Shown: piece by piece, positions 1-12,060 of the stretch
How positions within the stretch are numbered: the first letter of the stretch is position 1
Layout of the letters: every line of letters starts with the position of its first letter
Made by a program: the position numbers and the translations under genes
Notes under the pieces: model-generated
Told to the model about the DNA's origin: nothing
The model's input: only the letters and a program-made list of their open reading frames with translations
Database searches by the model: none
Origin: Eledone cirrhosa
Lineage: Eukaryota
Direction: 5' to 3'
Assembly (NCBI GenBank): GCA_964016885.1
Contig: OZ024741.1
Location: 183,830,001 to 183,894,000, forward strand
DNA: 64,000 nucleotides

Positions 1-2
1 CG

Positions 3-131
3 AGCAATATCCATGAGCTTCGCTGGTCTCGCTTGGAGATCCAGCTGGATCAGTTGGAGACGGTTGCTTCTGACAGGACCCGCTGGAAAGAGTTTTCGAA
101 GACTCTGCCCACACGACCCTCTCAGGGATAA
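3..131 (+). mobile_element. 3' end of an RTE-clade LINE ORF
   Basis: Frame from 3 reads SNIHELRWSRLEIQLDQLETVASDRTRWKEFSKTLPTRPSQG*, resembling the RTE C-terminal DRxxW...LPxRP tail; followed by an A-rich/(CA)n tail. Confidence 0.55.
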
Positions 132-163
132 GTGAGTGAAAAAGAAATAACACAATACACACA

Positions 164-267
<104 letters not shown>

Positions 268-326
268 AATATATATATATATATATGACTGTTGAAAATT
301 GCAAACTTGACTGTCACCACAGAATA

Positions 327-365
327 TGAACCTGAAGATTGCGAAAGCATGAAAGTACTTGTTCA
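327..365 (+). ncRNA. Minimal type I hammerhead ribozyme in a PLE pseudo-LTR
   Basis: TGAAC-CTGAAGA-tTGCgaaaGCAt-GAAA-GTAC-TT-GTTCA: stem I TGAAC/GTTCA, intact core, palindromic stem III GTAC. Confidence 0.8.
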
Positions 366-493
366 ATTAACACTTAACATTTAATATTCTACCATATTAT
401 TTCATTCTAATACCATTGTAAATTTTAAAGGATTATAAATAAAACGAGTAAACCAGACAAAGTTAGAATTCCTTTTATTAATATATATATATA

Positions 494-524
<31 letters not shown>

Positions 525-525
525 G

Positions 526-2290
526 ACAGAAAATTATGAGAAACCTAAAAACTCTGATCAACCAATACAAAGAACGACTCACTAACAAGGAATTCAGCTT
601 CATCACAGACTTCACAAGTAAATCCAGCCTTTTCTACAGTATCCCTAAAGTACATAAAAGCGAATTAATAAGTAAGGCATGCAAGGAAGCCACAGACATA
701 GTCATCAATGTCCCATCACCCAATGATCTCAAATTAAGACCTATAATAGCAGGCCCCGCTTGCGAAACCCACCGCCTTAGCAACTTCATTGATACCCTTC
801 TCAAGCCCTTTCTCAAACACATCAAAAGCTATATAAGGGACGACCTAGATATGCTCAATCACCTCCCTAATATGCCCCTTTCTGAACAAACCCTACTAGT
901 GACGTTCGATGTAGTCAACCTATACTCCAACATCCCCCACAACCTAGGAATAGAAGCTATCCAATTCTGGCTGGATAATTACCACAATGAACTCCCACAA
1001 CGCATCAAAAAAGAATTCGTGATAGAAGGACTCAAATTTATCTTGGAGAACAATTATTTTGTTTTCAATAACAAACCCTACAGGCAGAAATCTGGGACCG
1101 CTATGGGAACGAAAACAGCCCCCACTTATGCCAACCTAGTCATGGGATACCTGGAAATCACCCTCTACACTAAAGTCCTAAACAAATTTGGAAACACTCT
1201 CCACTTACACATAGAAAGGAACTGGAAGCGATATCTAGATGACTGCTTCATCCTTTGGCACGAAAACATCGAGAAACTTAAAGAATTTCACACCCTTATA
1301 AATGGGCTCAACACGAATATTAATTTCACGATGGAATACAGCCATCAACAACTCCTTCCTTGACATCCTCATTAAGATTCATAACAAAAAAATAGAAACA
1401 GACATATACTACAAGCCCACAGACTCCAAGCAATATCTTCCTTTCAACTCTTGCCACCCTAGACACGTTAAAATTAATATTCCCTACAACTTAGCCAAGA
1501 GAATCTGTACTATAGTCTCCAATAAAACACCTGTTACTTACGGCTACAAGAACTAAAGGACACACTCATAGGCAGGGACTACCCTGCATCACATATTGAC
1601 AATGGAATCCAACGTGACCTAAAACTCAGTACCCAGGACCTTAGACACCCTAAAGTAAATCAACCGAAACTAAAAGCTCTTCCATACATCTCCACACACA
1701 ACCCCCTCAACAATGAGGCCTTTGACACCATCCTCCAGAACATCTCTGTGTTGAAAAAGGACCATAGAATGAACCAAATCCTACGAACACACGATATCAT
1801 AAAGAGCAAAAGACAATCTAAGTCAATGAAAAACATCCTAACACATGCCAAAGTTCTGCCAACCACAACAACGAAACCCACAGTAAAAAAATGCGATAGA
1901 CCCAACTGTGGCATATGCATCAACCTAATAGAGGGTTCGGAATTCTATTTCAAAGAAGGACAACGTTTTATAGTAAAGCACAATTTCACATGCGCATCAG
2001 AAAATATAATATATGTGTTAACTTGCTCAGGTTGTCGAGAACAATACATAGGCCAGACCAAAATCAGCCTCCGCCAACGCATGACTGTCCATAGATCCCA
2101 AATTAAAATAGGGGAATACAGGAAAATACCACTGAGTGAACACATTGATACCTGTGCCGCCCAAAATCATTCCAACTTCAGAATCTTTCCCCTCTACAAA
2201 TTGAAAGATAATGCCACCCACACCCAGCGCATCAGCAAGGAATCTTACTTTATTAACAAATACGGACCCCGTCTAAACACTTCTCCCTAA
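526..2290 (+). mobile_element. 5'-truncated Penelope-like element (Neptune-like), RT + GIY-YIG endonuclease, two frameshifts
   Basis: LRPII, TFDVVNLYSNIP, YRQKSGTAMG, RYLDDCF (RT); FLDILI..YYKPTD, SCHPRH (thumb); CxxxxCxxC then NIIYVLTC..QYIGQT..RQRMTVH (GIY-YIG); frame changes near 1355 and 1535. Confidence 0.92.
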
Positions 2291-2837
2291 GGCGAACCCA
2301 CAACATGCACACGTCAACATAATACCTACATCAGCATACATCTCTATCCACATATAAACACAATGACATACGTAAACACACATGTTCTATGGTGCAACAC
2401 AAATGTACACAAATTTGCATACCTTTTGATGTCTATAGATATAAACGTGCCGACACACACACATACATATACGCACACATGCATTGCACACTGATGGGCA
2501 CATACATATTTGTACACAAGTATTCCAATACGGCAAGGCGTAATGGATTCCCCTTGCAGTACGTACAATCTGGACACTCACACACACCTTGGTATTATGC
2601 CAATACTATATATCATTTCACACCTTTTATTATTAATGTTTTTGATGTTCTATTGAGAGAATCGTTTTTACTGAAAATATCGAATAATGTACACCATTTT
2701 TACCAGTATCACAAAAATACTGGTCCACCCACACATACACACAGATTCTCACACACACACACAAACACATACATATATACACACACACACATATATATAC
2801 ACCACACATACACACGCGTACATTAACATACAAAGAG

Positions 2838-2903
<66 letters not shown>

Positions 2904-3339
2904 CTCTGTATAAGACAAGAGCTGAAAAATATCTTTTAACATGTTAAAATATCCCCGACACACGTACAGACACATTCCTACTGACCATCCCTCTACCACG
3001 AATTACTCTGCTACACACACACACTTGTCTTAATAGGCATTTGAACTGTCATCAGGCTGCGGTTCGCACACACATCCCTGCTAACCATTATCACAACAAC
3101 GAACCTCTTTACTACTACTACTACTACACACACACACACACATATTTGTCTTGAAAGACTTATTTTTCAGTGACTTCTCAATCAGCAGAGACAAACCTAC
3201 ATTTGGCGCAAAATCAATTTTTAACATTCACATGACCTCTACCGACCAATCAAAATTGTTTTGACCACAAGAATTTTTTCATACATCTGGAGCCACTTTT
3301 TTTTACATAAAACAGGTAGAATTTCCAAAACTAATCAGA

Positions 3340-3455
3340 TTAGAGCAAACATCACGGGCGCTCTATCTCAAAATTATTTTTGAAAAGCATTAGAAAGGCG
3401 CAACCGGTAAAACTTAAAACCAAAACTGAATACTGACCAATACTATTACTAATTT
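3340..3455. repeat. Dispersed repeat with an inverted copy at ~51520-51622
   Basis: gagcaaacatcacgggcgctctatctcaaaattatttttgaaaagcattagaaa... is the near reverse complement of 51520-51622. Confidence 0.7.
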
Positions 3456-3524
3456 TTACTTATTCCTAATTAAACTACTTTTCACTGGGAACAATTTGTC
3501 AGCATTTTCTTTTCCTTTTACCAA

Positions 3525-3612
<88 letters not shown>

Positions 3613-3615
<3 letters not shown>

Positions 3616-3842
3616 GAGGTTGGCTGGACATGCTCACCGCCATCCAGAGTTCACATTGCACTCAGTGATCCTTTGGGAGCCCCTACATGGACACACTAGA
3701 AGAGGAAGACCAAGGTTAACATATGTTGATCCCCTAAGGACAGACACTGGTCTGTTGGAGATGCAGGATATGGCAGCGATAATGAGGGACAGAGACCGCT
3801 GGAGAGAACTCGTCCATGGATCTCGGGAATTTTACCCGCCTT

Positions 3843-3845
<3 letters not shown>
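3613..3845 (+). mobile_element. RTE/RTEX-type LINE 3' fragment inserted in (TA)n
   Basis: RLAGHAHRH..ILWEP..RRGRPRLTYVD..DRDRWRELV, a typical RTE-group C-terminus. Confidence 0.8.
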
Positions 3846-3877
<32 letters not shown>

Positions 3878-3880
<3 letters not shown>

Positions 3881-4440
3881 TTATTAAAATAACAGATTAA
3901 AGTTTAAGCAAAGAATCGCTGCTTTCACCCTTAACGGGATCTTCTGAAACTAACAAAGTCAACCTGTAAACGCAGAAGTGGATATTTCAAAAAACGTTGC
4001 AACCGGAGGAACACAGGAAGACGATACTTTGGTTCGTGGAAACGTTCCCTGGCAAAGAACGGGAAAGAACGAATATAATACGTCATTAATTAGAGCGGTG
4101 AAAAACAATTACGCGCAAAGACAGAACCACGTTTATGGTTTAAAAGAGGTCGTAGACTAATGTTCTCTTAGGTGGTTCATAGACACGTTCTCTGGCAAAG
4201 AACGAAACAAACGAATATAATACGTCATATGTGGAGCGTGGAGAACAATTGCACGCAAAGACAAAACCACGTAAATGGTATAGCAGAAATCGTAGACTAA
4301 AATTCTAACTAGGAGACCGAATGAATCTCCGCTTCAGAGTTAAGAACAAAGTAAATAAATACAATACAGAAGTAATAGAAATTAAATAAATAAATACACG
4401 CATACAAATACGTACATACACAAGCATATGCGAAAACACT
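3878..4440 (-). mobile_element. PLE 3'UTR/pseudo-LTR remnant with hammerhead-like motif (CAGAAGA core) and internal ~140-bp tandem duplication
   Basis: Minus strand agttt-CAGAAGA-tCCCgttaaGGGt-GAAA at ~3915-3951; 4042-4165 duplicated at 4184-4306; related sequence at 13992-14150 and 39250-39560. Confidence 0.55.
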
Positions 4441-4449
4441 TACCATAGG

Positions 4450-4880
4450 TATACAAAACCAAGGCTTCAACCTCTCTATACAGGTTGAGGCCAATCTCTC
4501 GGTCGTTACTTACCTCGACGTTACCCTCAATTTATTGAATGGGTTGTATTACCCGTATAGAAAGCCGAATGATACGCTTAATTACATAAGTAAACATTCC
4601 AACCATCCTGCCAGCATAACCAAGAACCTGGTAAGAAACGTTTCGTTGAGGCTTTCCCGTCTTTCTACTAACGAGCATATTTTCAACGACCATTCCACTT
4701 ATTACAATGAAGCTCTTGCTCGGAGTGGATTTGTAGATAAGGTAGCACATACAGAGTACGAGAATAGACCTAGAAGAAATAGATCCCGTCGCATTTGTTG
4801 GTATAACCCACCATATAATATGGAGGTGGCCACACCATTAGCTAAGATCTTTCTTTCCCTTATTACGAAGCATTTCCTCC
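4450..4880 (+). mobile_element. Naiad-like PLE RT thumb/linker fragment
   Basis: YLDVTLNL..YYPYRKPNDTLNYISKHSNHPASI..RLSRLS..YYNEALARSGF..RRICWYNPPYN. Confidence 0.85.
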
Positions 4881-5399
4881 AGGGGCTAGGTCGATTCAGC
4901 GGCGCCTAGCCCACACGATTTGCTACCATAGTTCACTATACTAGGTTAGATCTATTACACACTTTAGGGTTAAGGTTAACTAGACCCCGGGTGCCCAATT
5001 CACCCGCTTTATGGGTGTGGCGGGGTTTTCTGGGCTTTCGACAGACTATTGTGCTCTATCAGTTAGCGCACAATGGGTGTGTTTATCAACCAAACTAACA
5101 TGGTTAGTGTGGGTATGTGCCTATATAGGGTCAAGCTGTCCTTGGTATAGTGAAAAGCCTTAAGTAGGTTCTACCCCAGGGTACTTGGCTTGTGGTCCAA
5201 TAAGATGAACCAAGGAAGAGAGGAAGAAAAGTAAGAAAGGGGGGAGAAGAGAAGAGGTATTAGTGTAGTCTATATGCACCTGAATGGCAGTTAACGTCAC
5301 AAAGGATCCAGGATGCAGTGAGGCGTGGTTTTACGTAGGCCAGACAGGACGGAGGTATGCAGGTCCTACAGCGTTAGCTAATTGGTCTAAAATAATAGG

Positions 5400-5660
5400 A
5401 GCTAAGATTTATGTGCGGGCAAGAAGAGAATATCTCCGACTTCCTATTTAGCAGGTTCAGTTTGCAGTGTATTATGGCGTGTGATTGAGAGAGACAAAGG
5501 TCACAGGTCTTGTTAGGGGGTCTGTACTGCGATGATTTAGTGATGATTCTCCAATCAAACGTGTATTGAATATCAGTGTTCTTCAGGAGGGATATGTAAC
5601 TAGCTAGGGATGTAGTATTCTTAAGTCTATCATGTCTAAATGTATAGCGGTGGAAGTTAG
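5400..5660 (-). mobile_element. Naiad-like PLE GIY-YIG C-terminal fragment
   Basis: Minus strand reads NFHRYTFRH..NTTSLASYI..YTFDWRII..YRPPNKTCDLCLS..LLNRKSEIFSSCPH. Confidence 0.8.
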
Positions 5661-6833
5661 TTGAATATGAATTGTGATCCAGCTAAACGAAAACCACGTG
5701 GCGGAAATATAAATAACATAGCTGTCATTGACAGGTTTGGTTGTGAGTTTTCCCTTCTATATATATCTATATTTCCTACAGAAATTTGCACTCACTATAA
5801 TAAACCCACCTATTATTATAATAATATATGCTCATTTTGCCATATGTGATTCTGGAAGCGGAGTTTCCTATATACACTTTTTCTCTATATGTAACGGGAT
5901 AGCCATCACGATTTGTATTTACTGTGGTACAGTTGTATGCGGTGCGGTACATTGGTTGAGCGCCAACTTGGACATACAGTGAATTTCACCTGGCACGTTG
6001 GATTGAGCGACCGAACGTGAGGATGTTGGGGAATGCCAGTTTCAATTTCCTCACATCTGTGCCAGCTGTATATGTACCATACATTTCTTTAACTCGTCGA
6101 ACTTTCTTTTATTTTTTATTTTAGATTTTGGGTGTATATCCCAAACCGCCTATGGTGATAAATCCCCTGGGTATAGGTTTTGGAAAAATAGTGTTATCTC
6201 ACTTAACGTTCAGAACTGGTACATATCGATGTGGTTAGTAGGGCGCGGATATGATAAGGAGAATCGACCTGTTACAAGGCGATATAATTGGAGTACACCA
6301 TCCCTCATATGGACTATCATACATGTAAGGCTGCACCACTGCTAACCAACTATTCTTTTCACAGACTCATGCTTGCAAACTCTCTTGATCTGCCTGTACA
6401 TCCTCTTTTTGCACTGCTTGTACTTTGATGCATCTATGCTTTGCTTTGTCTTATATTTCTTTGGGGTCTCCGGGCTTTTTGTTCCTTTATTGTTTTGTAT
6501 CTTTATATTTATCTCTTTTATTATCCCTGTATTTTTGCACTTTTTTATTTTTTTTTATTATTATTTTCTTATTGTTTCTGATCATGCTGAGTAATACCCT
6601 CGCTCATCCCTTGCTACCCTCTCCCAACCTCTTTATCATCTATTGCACTATTTAAGTGATAAATTGTTGGTGTAATTTTTAATTTTTAAGACATTTTATG
6701 ACATTATGTGCATCATGTATTCTGCCTTTTTCCATATAGCGCTGGCCTCGGGACCCTCCTGCTGGTCGTTTAACCTTGTTCTGGTGACGCAGCTCGATGG
6801 AGCATACAACTACTGATATACTCATGTTTATAG

Positions 6834-6878
6834 GCTCTGATGATTCCTGCCATGGTGTATGGATGAAACACTGTTAGC
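6834..6878 (+). ncRNA. Type I hammerhead ribozyme (PLE pseudo-LTR)
   Basis: GCT-CTGATGA-tTCC..GGAt-GAAA-CAcTG-TT-AGC followed by AATAAA. Confidence 0.7.
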
Positions 6879-6939
6879 TAATAAAACAATGTATTTCTAA
6901 GTACTCTTTGGTTATTTCTATAACTATATATATATATAT

Positions 6940-7110
6940 GAAAATGTTTAACCCCGACGGCAGAGCTCAAGACGTTTCGACGGCTAATTCTGGGGTAAAT
7001 TTCAGGGTTAAACATGTTCATATTACCCACTCTACTACCCTAAGTATTGAGTACTCTGGTGCGTTATGGTCCATCTGGTTCCTTACCACACTTACCACAT
7101 TTCCTTCGTT
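6940..7110. mobile_element. PLE pseudo-LTR remnant with short inverted ends
   Basis: atgtttaaccc...gggttaaacat inverted pair; gacgtttcg (reverse complement of hammerhead 3' half CGAAACGTC); tail similar to 14200-14233. Confidence 0.4.
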
Positions 7111-7158
7111 ATATATATATATTTATATATATGTGTGTGTGTGTGTGTATGTATATAT

Positions 7159-7261
<103 letters not shown>

Positions 7262-7364
7262 CTTATATACATATATATATATGTTTGTGTGTATGTATAT
7301 ATACATACATACATATATATACAATGATATTAAATAAATGGAAACTATATTTATAAAATCATAT

Positions 7365-7420
7365 TCCATTATATATATTTCAAGGGTACCAAAAATGTTG
7401 GTACGCTATCATCAGACAAA
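7365..7420 (-). ncRNA. Type I hammerhead ribozyme at the 3' end of the Naiad-like PLE
   Basis: Minus strand tttgt-CTGATGA-tagcGTACC..GGTACcctt-GAAA-TATATA-TA-atgga; palindromic stem III, stem I relies on G-U pairs. Confidence 0.6.
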
Positions 7421-8403
7421 ATACGAAGTGTGTTTTATAAATTTTGACATAACCAAGGATAATATACCTTAACGGTTCAAGTTATCCCTGGAAAGTGAAG
7501 AGAAGAGAAAAGTCAGATATTTCAAATTATTAAGATGAGTATGCAAATGAGGTTTATGTAAAAAGGCTGAAAAAACGTTATTTTAGACGATATGAAAAAT
7601 TAAAATAATTATGATAAGTTATTGTATGCGTAGGAAAGAAGAGAAAGGAGGAAGGGCTAGCATTTACGTCAATTTTGGGGAAAAGATTTATTTACCTATA
7701 TTATTAGTTATAATATTGTATATATAATCAATTAGATTATATGAAGAATTATGATTGTAAGTATTTTTATCTTATTACATTAGGATAGGTTATATATATA
7801 TATATAAATATCTATATATATATTAATAAATTGCGTATGTATTAGTTGTTTATATATCAAATATGAGTTACGAAGGATTTTGAATTTGTATTTTACTTAA
7901 AAAATAGGTGGTTCAAGTGAGAGTAGGACAATTTGTGGATTCAAAAATTTTGTTCAACATTGAGAATGTATTCAGAATATTGTTAATTTAGCGAAGCTAT
8001 ACAGATTATCAAACGTAAAATGCTTATGTATGCACGATTGAGAAAAATGTTTATGTTTACATGGTTGAGAAAGGAAAGATAATCCAATTTTGTTTGTTAA
8101 CCATTAAATTAGAGAAAAATTATATATTATTTTGTGTGAGATCCATTAATTTAGTCAAAAGATGTGTGAATGTTTGAATAACAAAAAGAGAGAGGAAAAA
8201 TTTAATGTTTTTCGAAGAACTATCATAAAGAGGATACATTTTAAAATGTCATTTAAAGATTATCAAACTACATCTAAAAATATATTTATAGGGGTGTCCT
8301 TACAAAAATAATGTCGGAATTAAAAATAATGTCAGAATTAAAATAATATAGGAAATTAAAATATTAAATATATACATTAAAAATATTATAAATATTAGTG
8401 GTA

Positions 8404-8508
8404 TTAAAAATGTTTTGAAATATTAAAAATATTAAAAATATTAAAAATATTAAAAATATTAAAAATATTAAAAATATTAAAAATATTAAAAAATATTAAA
8501 AATATTGA
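8404..8508. repeat. 9-bp tandem repeat (TAAAAATAT)n in the PLE 3'UTR
   Basis: About 10 visible copies of attaaaaat. Confidence 0.85.
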
Positions 8509-8582
8509 AAAAAATTACATTTAAATTTAAAAAGAAAATAGGATCATTTTGAAGGTTTATAGGGATATTATAAATCAAAAAA

Positions 8583-8717
8583 GTTATGGCCCTTGCCATT
8601 CTGGGTTCAAATCTCGCTGAGGTTAACTTTGCCTTTCATCCTTACGGGGTCGATAAAATAAAGTACCAGTAATACACTGAGTATTTGCTGGCCTTGTGCC
8701 AAAAGTAGAAACAATTA
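8583..8717 (+). mobile_element. tRNA-derived SINE, 5'-truncated, abutting the PLE stop codon
   Basis: B-box-like GGTTCAAATCT; shared core gcctttcatccttacggggtcgataaaataaagtaccag. Confidence 0.85.
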
Positions 8718-9899
8718 TAAATTGAAAATAGTTCTGAACGTGGAATTTTGGCAATGTTTGCAAGAAGAAAATAATTCTGTTCTGAGATTAATAGAGTTTT
8801 GACAGTTAATTATATAAAAAATTTCTTCGATACACAATTTACAGAATCTTGATAAAGCCGTATTTCAGTATGCAGGTGCTTTCGAAATCGTTCTCCAAGA
8901 TATTGAATATTCTAAATTGTTGTCTTTTAAATCCCATATTATATGTGATAATGAAGTAGAAGATGTTTTATCAGATCTCCTAAGTGTATGATTATGGTTA
9001 TTCCAGCGTTCTTTAAATTTTGTTGAAGTGGCACCAACATAGTTAAATATTTTGTCACTAGTTTTAACTGTGCAATTATAAACTACGTTTTTGTCTAAAC
9101 AGTTATTTTGTAATGGGCAGTTTGATTTGATTCTACAGTTACAATTACCTGAGTTATTGTTGTTCAGAACGGTACCATTATTCTGCGTATTGTTGTTAGA
9201 AATATTATTATTGCTATTTTGGCTAGTTTGGTTAGGGTTTAAATTTAAGTTTCTATTTTTAATTCTATTTATATTTTGTGCTATCTTCATAGTAGTAGAG
9301 TAGGATAGTTTTATAGTGTGTCTGTTAAAAATAGTGTGGTATCTATGTGTTTTAGGAAAACATTTATCTAGTGCTTTAAAGAATAGCTTTGCTAAAGGTG
9401 TTATAACGCTTAATGAAAATGGGGGAGAGTACCAAATAATATTTCTAGTTCTAGTTTTTTTGTTTGGTTTAGTGTCTAAGTTAATACTAGGATGATATAT
9501 CATGTTATTGTTATCTATGTATTTAATTCTATTTGAGTATCCTGCTCTATGTAAAGCTTCATTATAATATTCAGCCTTATCATGAAAAATATTTTTGTTA
9601 GCGGAGATGCGTGAAATCCGTTGTTGGACGCTATTGACAATAGTGTTTTGAATACTTCTAGGATGATTAGAATTGAAACTTACATAATTTAAATTTTCGT
9701 TAATTTTATGGAAAGGATAGTAAATACCTGTGCTAAGGTTTAAAGTTACATCTAAGAAGTTAACGATTTTGTAGTTATTCTCTATTTCTAACTTAAGGTA
9801 GTAGTTGAAGAAAAATTGTATTCTGGAATAATATCATTGTATATTTTACTCCAGAAAACTTGTTGAGTGCTCTGAATCAATTATAAACATTTATATTTG

Positions 9900-9991
<92 letters not shown>

Positions 9992-10360
9992 GTGTGTGTG
10001 TAATTGGTTATTACCTTTTCCTATTGAGTCCTTCCTCATCCCTTTCATCACCATTCCTACCATCACCACCACCAACACCACCACCGCCACAACCACAAGC
10101 ACCACCACCACCACCACCACCACAAATTACTAGGTAATCAAATTAGGCTAATTAGCCGATGTATACTTTAGAGAATACTATATATTCTGAAGAGTTCTAC
10201 TCTGCGACAGAGAAGAGGGTTACATAATCTTGACAAGGGGCAATAACTCTGGAACAACATTATTGTCGATTGTTGGCCTCTGCTAAGACAGATAATATAA
10301 TGAGGCTCTTTGCTTGCAAACGAATCGAATATTATTACTAACGGATATAAAACTCAGGAA

Positions 10361-10439
<79 letters not shown>

Positions 10440-10542
10440 TAGTTAAGCAAAACAAGACCACAAACTTCACAAGGAAGACATTATTAAAAGATTGTCAACA
10501 TATTTTAGTTTGATGTAAGGAATGTAGAGAATAATAATGTCC

Positions 10543-10662
10543 GTTTACAATCGTTTCGCTACTCTATATAATATTTATGGATCAGATGACTATATATCAT
10601 AATTGATCTGGTTCAGTTGAAAATAATTAACATATTTAAAAAACAGAGTGGCTCATCGGAAC
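10543..10662 (-). ncRNA. Hammerhead-like motif with long stem-loop II and CCGATGA core
   Basis: Minus strand GTT-CCGATGA-GCCACTCT..long insert..AGAGTAGC-GAAA-CGATTG-TA-AAC. Confidence 0.55.
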
Positions 10663-10913
10663 TTCAAAGGAATATAAATTAAAATAATGGGATAATGTTA
10701 CATAATATAATGTTCCATATATTGGTTTATACTATGGTGTCTTGGTTTCATCAGCTGTCAGCCATAATCACCATAAAACCTAGCTCCTTTCTACTGAATA
10801 TTGCACATTGAGCACATGCCTTTACGCTTCGGCTTCTAACTAACTCACCAATCTCTCCTCTCATATCTCCTCTACTATCTCCATCTCTCTCTTTAAGATT
10901 GGTTACTCTTGAA

Positions 10914-10914
<1 letters not shown>

Positions 10915-10977
<63 letters not shown>

Positions 10978-11061
10978 TTATATATATATATATATGTATA
11001 CATATATATATAATATATACATATATTTATATATATATGTATATATATATATAATATATAC

Positions 11062-11093
<32 letters not shown>

Positions 11094-11107
11094 GTATGTA
11101 TATATAT

Positions 11108-11168
<61 letters not shown>

Positions 11169-11198
11169 TATATATATATGTATATATAAATATATATA

Positions 11199-11251
<53 letters not shown>

Positions 11252-11334
11252 ATATATATACATACATGTATATATATATATATATATATTTATATTTATG
11301 TATATATTATATATATATATATACATATATATAA

Positions 11335-11419
<85 letters not shown>

Positions 11420-11420
11420 A

Positions 11421-11503
<83 letters not shown>

Positions 11504-11530
11504 ATATATAATATACGTATATATGCATTC
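10915..11530. repeat. Degenerate (TA)n microsatellite tract, representative of many such tracts
   Basis: Direct inspection; source of the spurious YI-repeat ORFs. Confidence 0.95.
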
Positions 11531-11918
11531 ATACACCCATACACACTTAGTGTGTTTTGATATATTATGTAATCTTTATAATTTCTGATTTCTATTTTTC
11601 TGTAGTGATAAACGGAGTTTTGGCAGGAAATACTTTGAAGAGGTTCAGTATAACGGGGGAGGGGGGGGGGATGAATGCATGAGATGTTTGATCTGCAATA
11701 CCTTGAAGCTAAGACACTCTAAGACGGCCTGTGATAGTGGTGATGTTGATAGTGGTAACGGTAGTGATGCTGATGATAATGATAGTCATTTTAATCCTTA
11801 TTGCGCTGGAAATCGTGGCCGTTATGGTGGTGGTGACGGTGAGAACGTTGGGGGTGATGATGATGGTGAGCAAATGTGATAGAGAGATGTGTGTGTGTGT
11901 ATGTGTGTGTTCGTGTGT

Positions 11919-11951
<33 letters not shown>

Positions 11952-12016
11952 TGTGTGTGTGTGTGTGTGCGTGTGTGTGTCTGTGTGTGTGTGTGTGTGC
12001 GTGCGTGTGTGCGTGT

Positions 12017-12060
<44 letters not shown>

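Larger units (their letters stand above)
7317..9880 (-). mobile_element. 5'-truncated Naiad-like PLE: ORF 9821->8715 with one internal TGA, long AT-rich 3'UTR, hammerhead pseudo-LTR, inverted tail at the 5' junction
   Basis: VNFLDVTLNL..NSNHPRSI..YYNEALHRAGY..IIWYSPPF..CNC..CPLQNNC..NVVYNC..YVGAT..FKERWNNH..Y*NTALSRFCKLC..ELFSSCKH; HHR at 7365-7420. Confidence 0.9.

Noticed and set aside
3049-3055. Minus-strand CTGATGA as a hammerhead core (also CTGATGA near 35983 and CTGAAGA near 33365)
   Set aside because: No correctly placed stem II, GAAA and UH
8865-8867. In-frame TGA in the Naiad-like GIY-YIG ORF as selenocysteine (some Naiads encode Sec)
   Set aside because: Read-through does restore the CKLC...CKH C-terminus, but the TGA is not at a conserved Cys position and spacing vs the 5.4 kb copy suggests a 6-nt insertion; no SECIS was identified. 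A SECIS scan and family alignment could reopen this.
10968-11560. Many YI/HT/CV-repeat ORFs here and throughout the window
   Set aside because: Translations of (TA)n, (CA)n and (CT)n microsatellites
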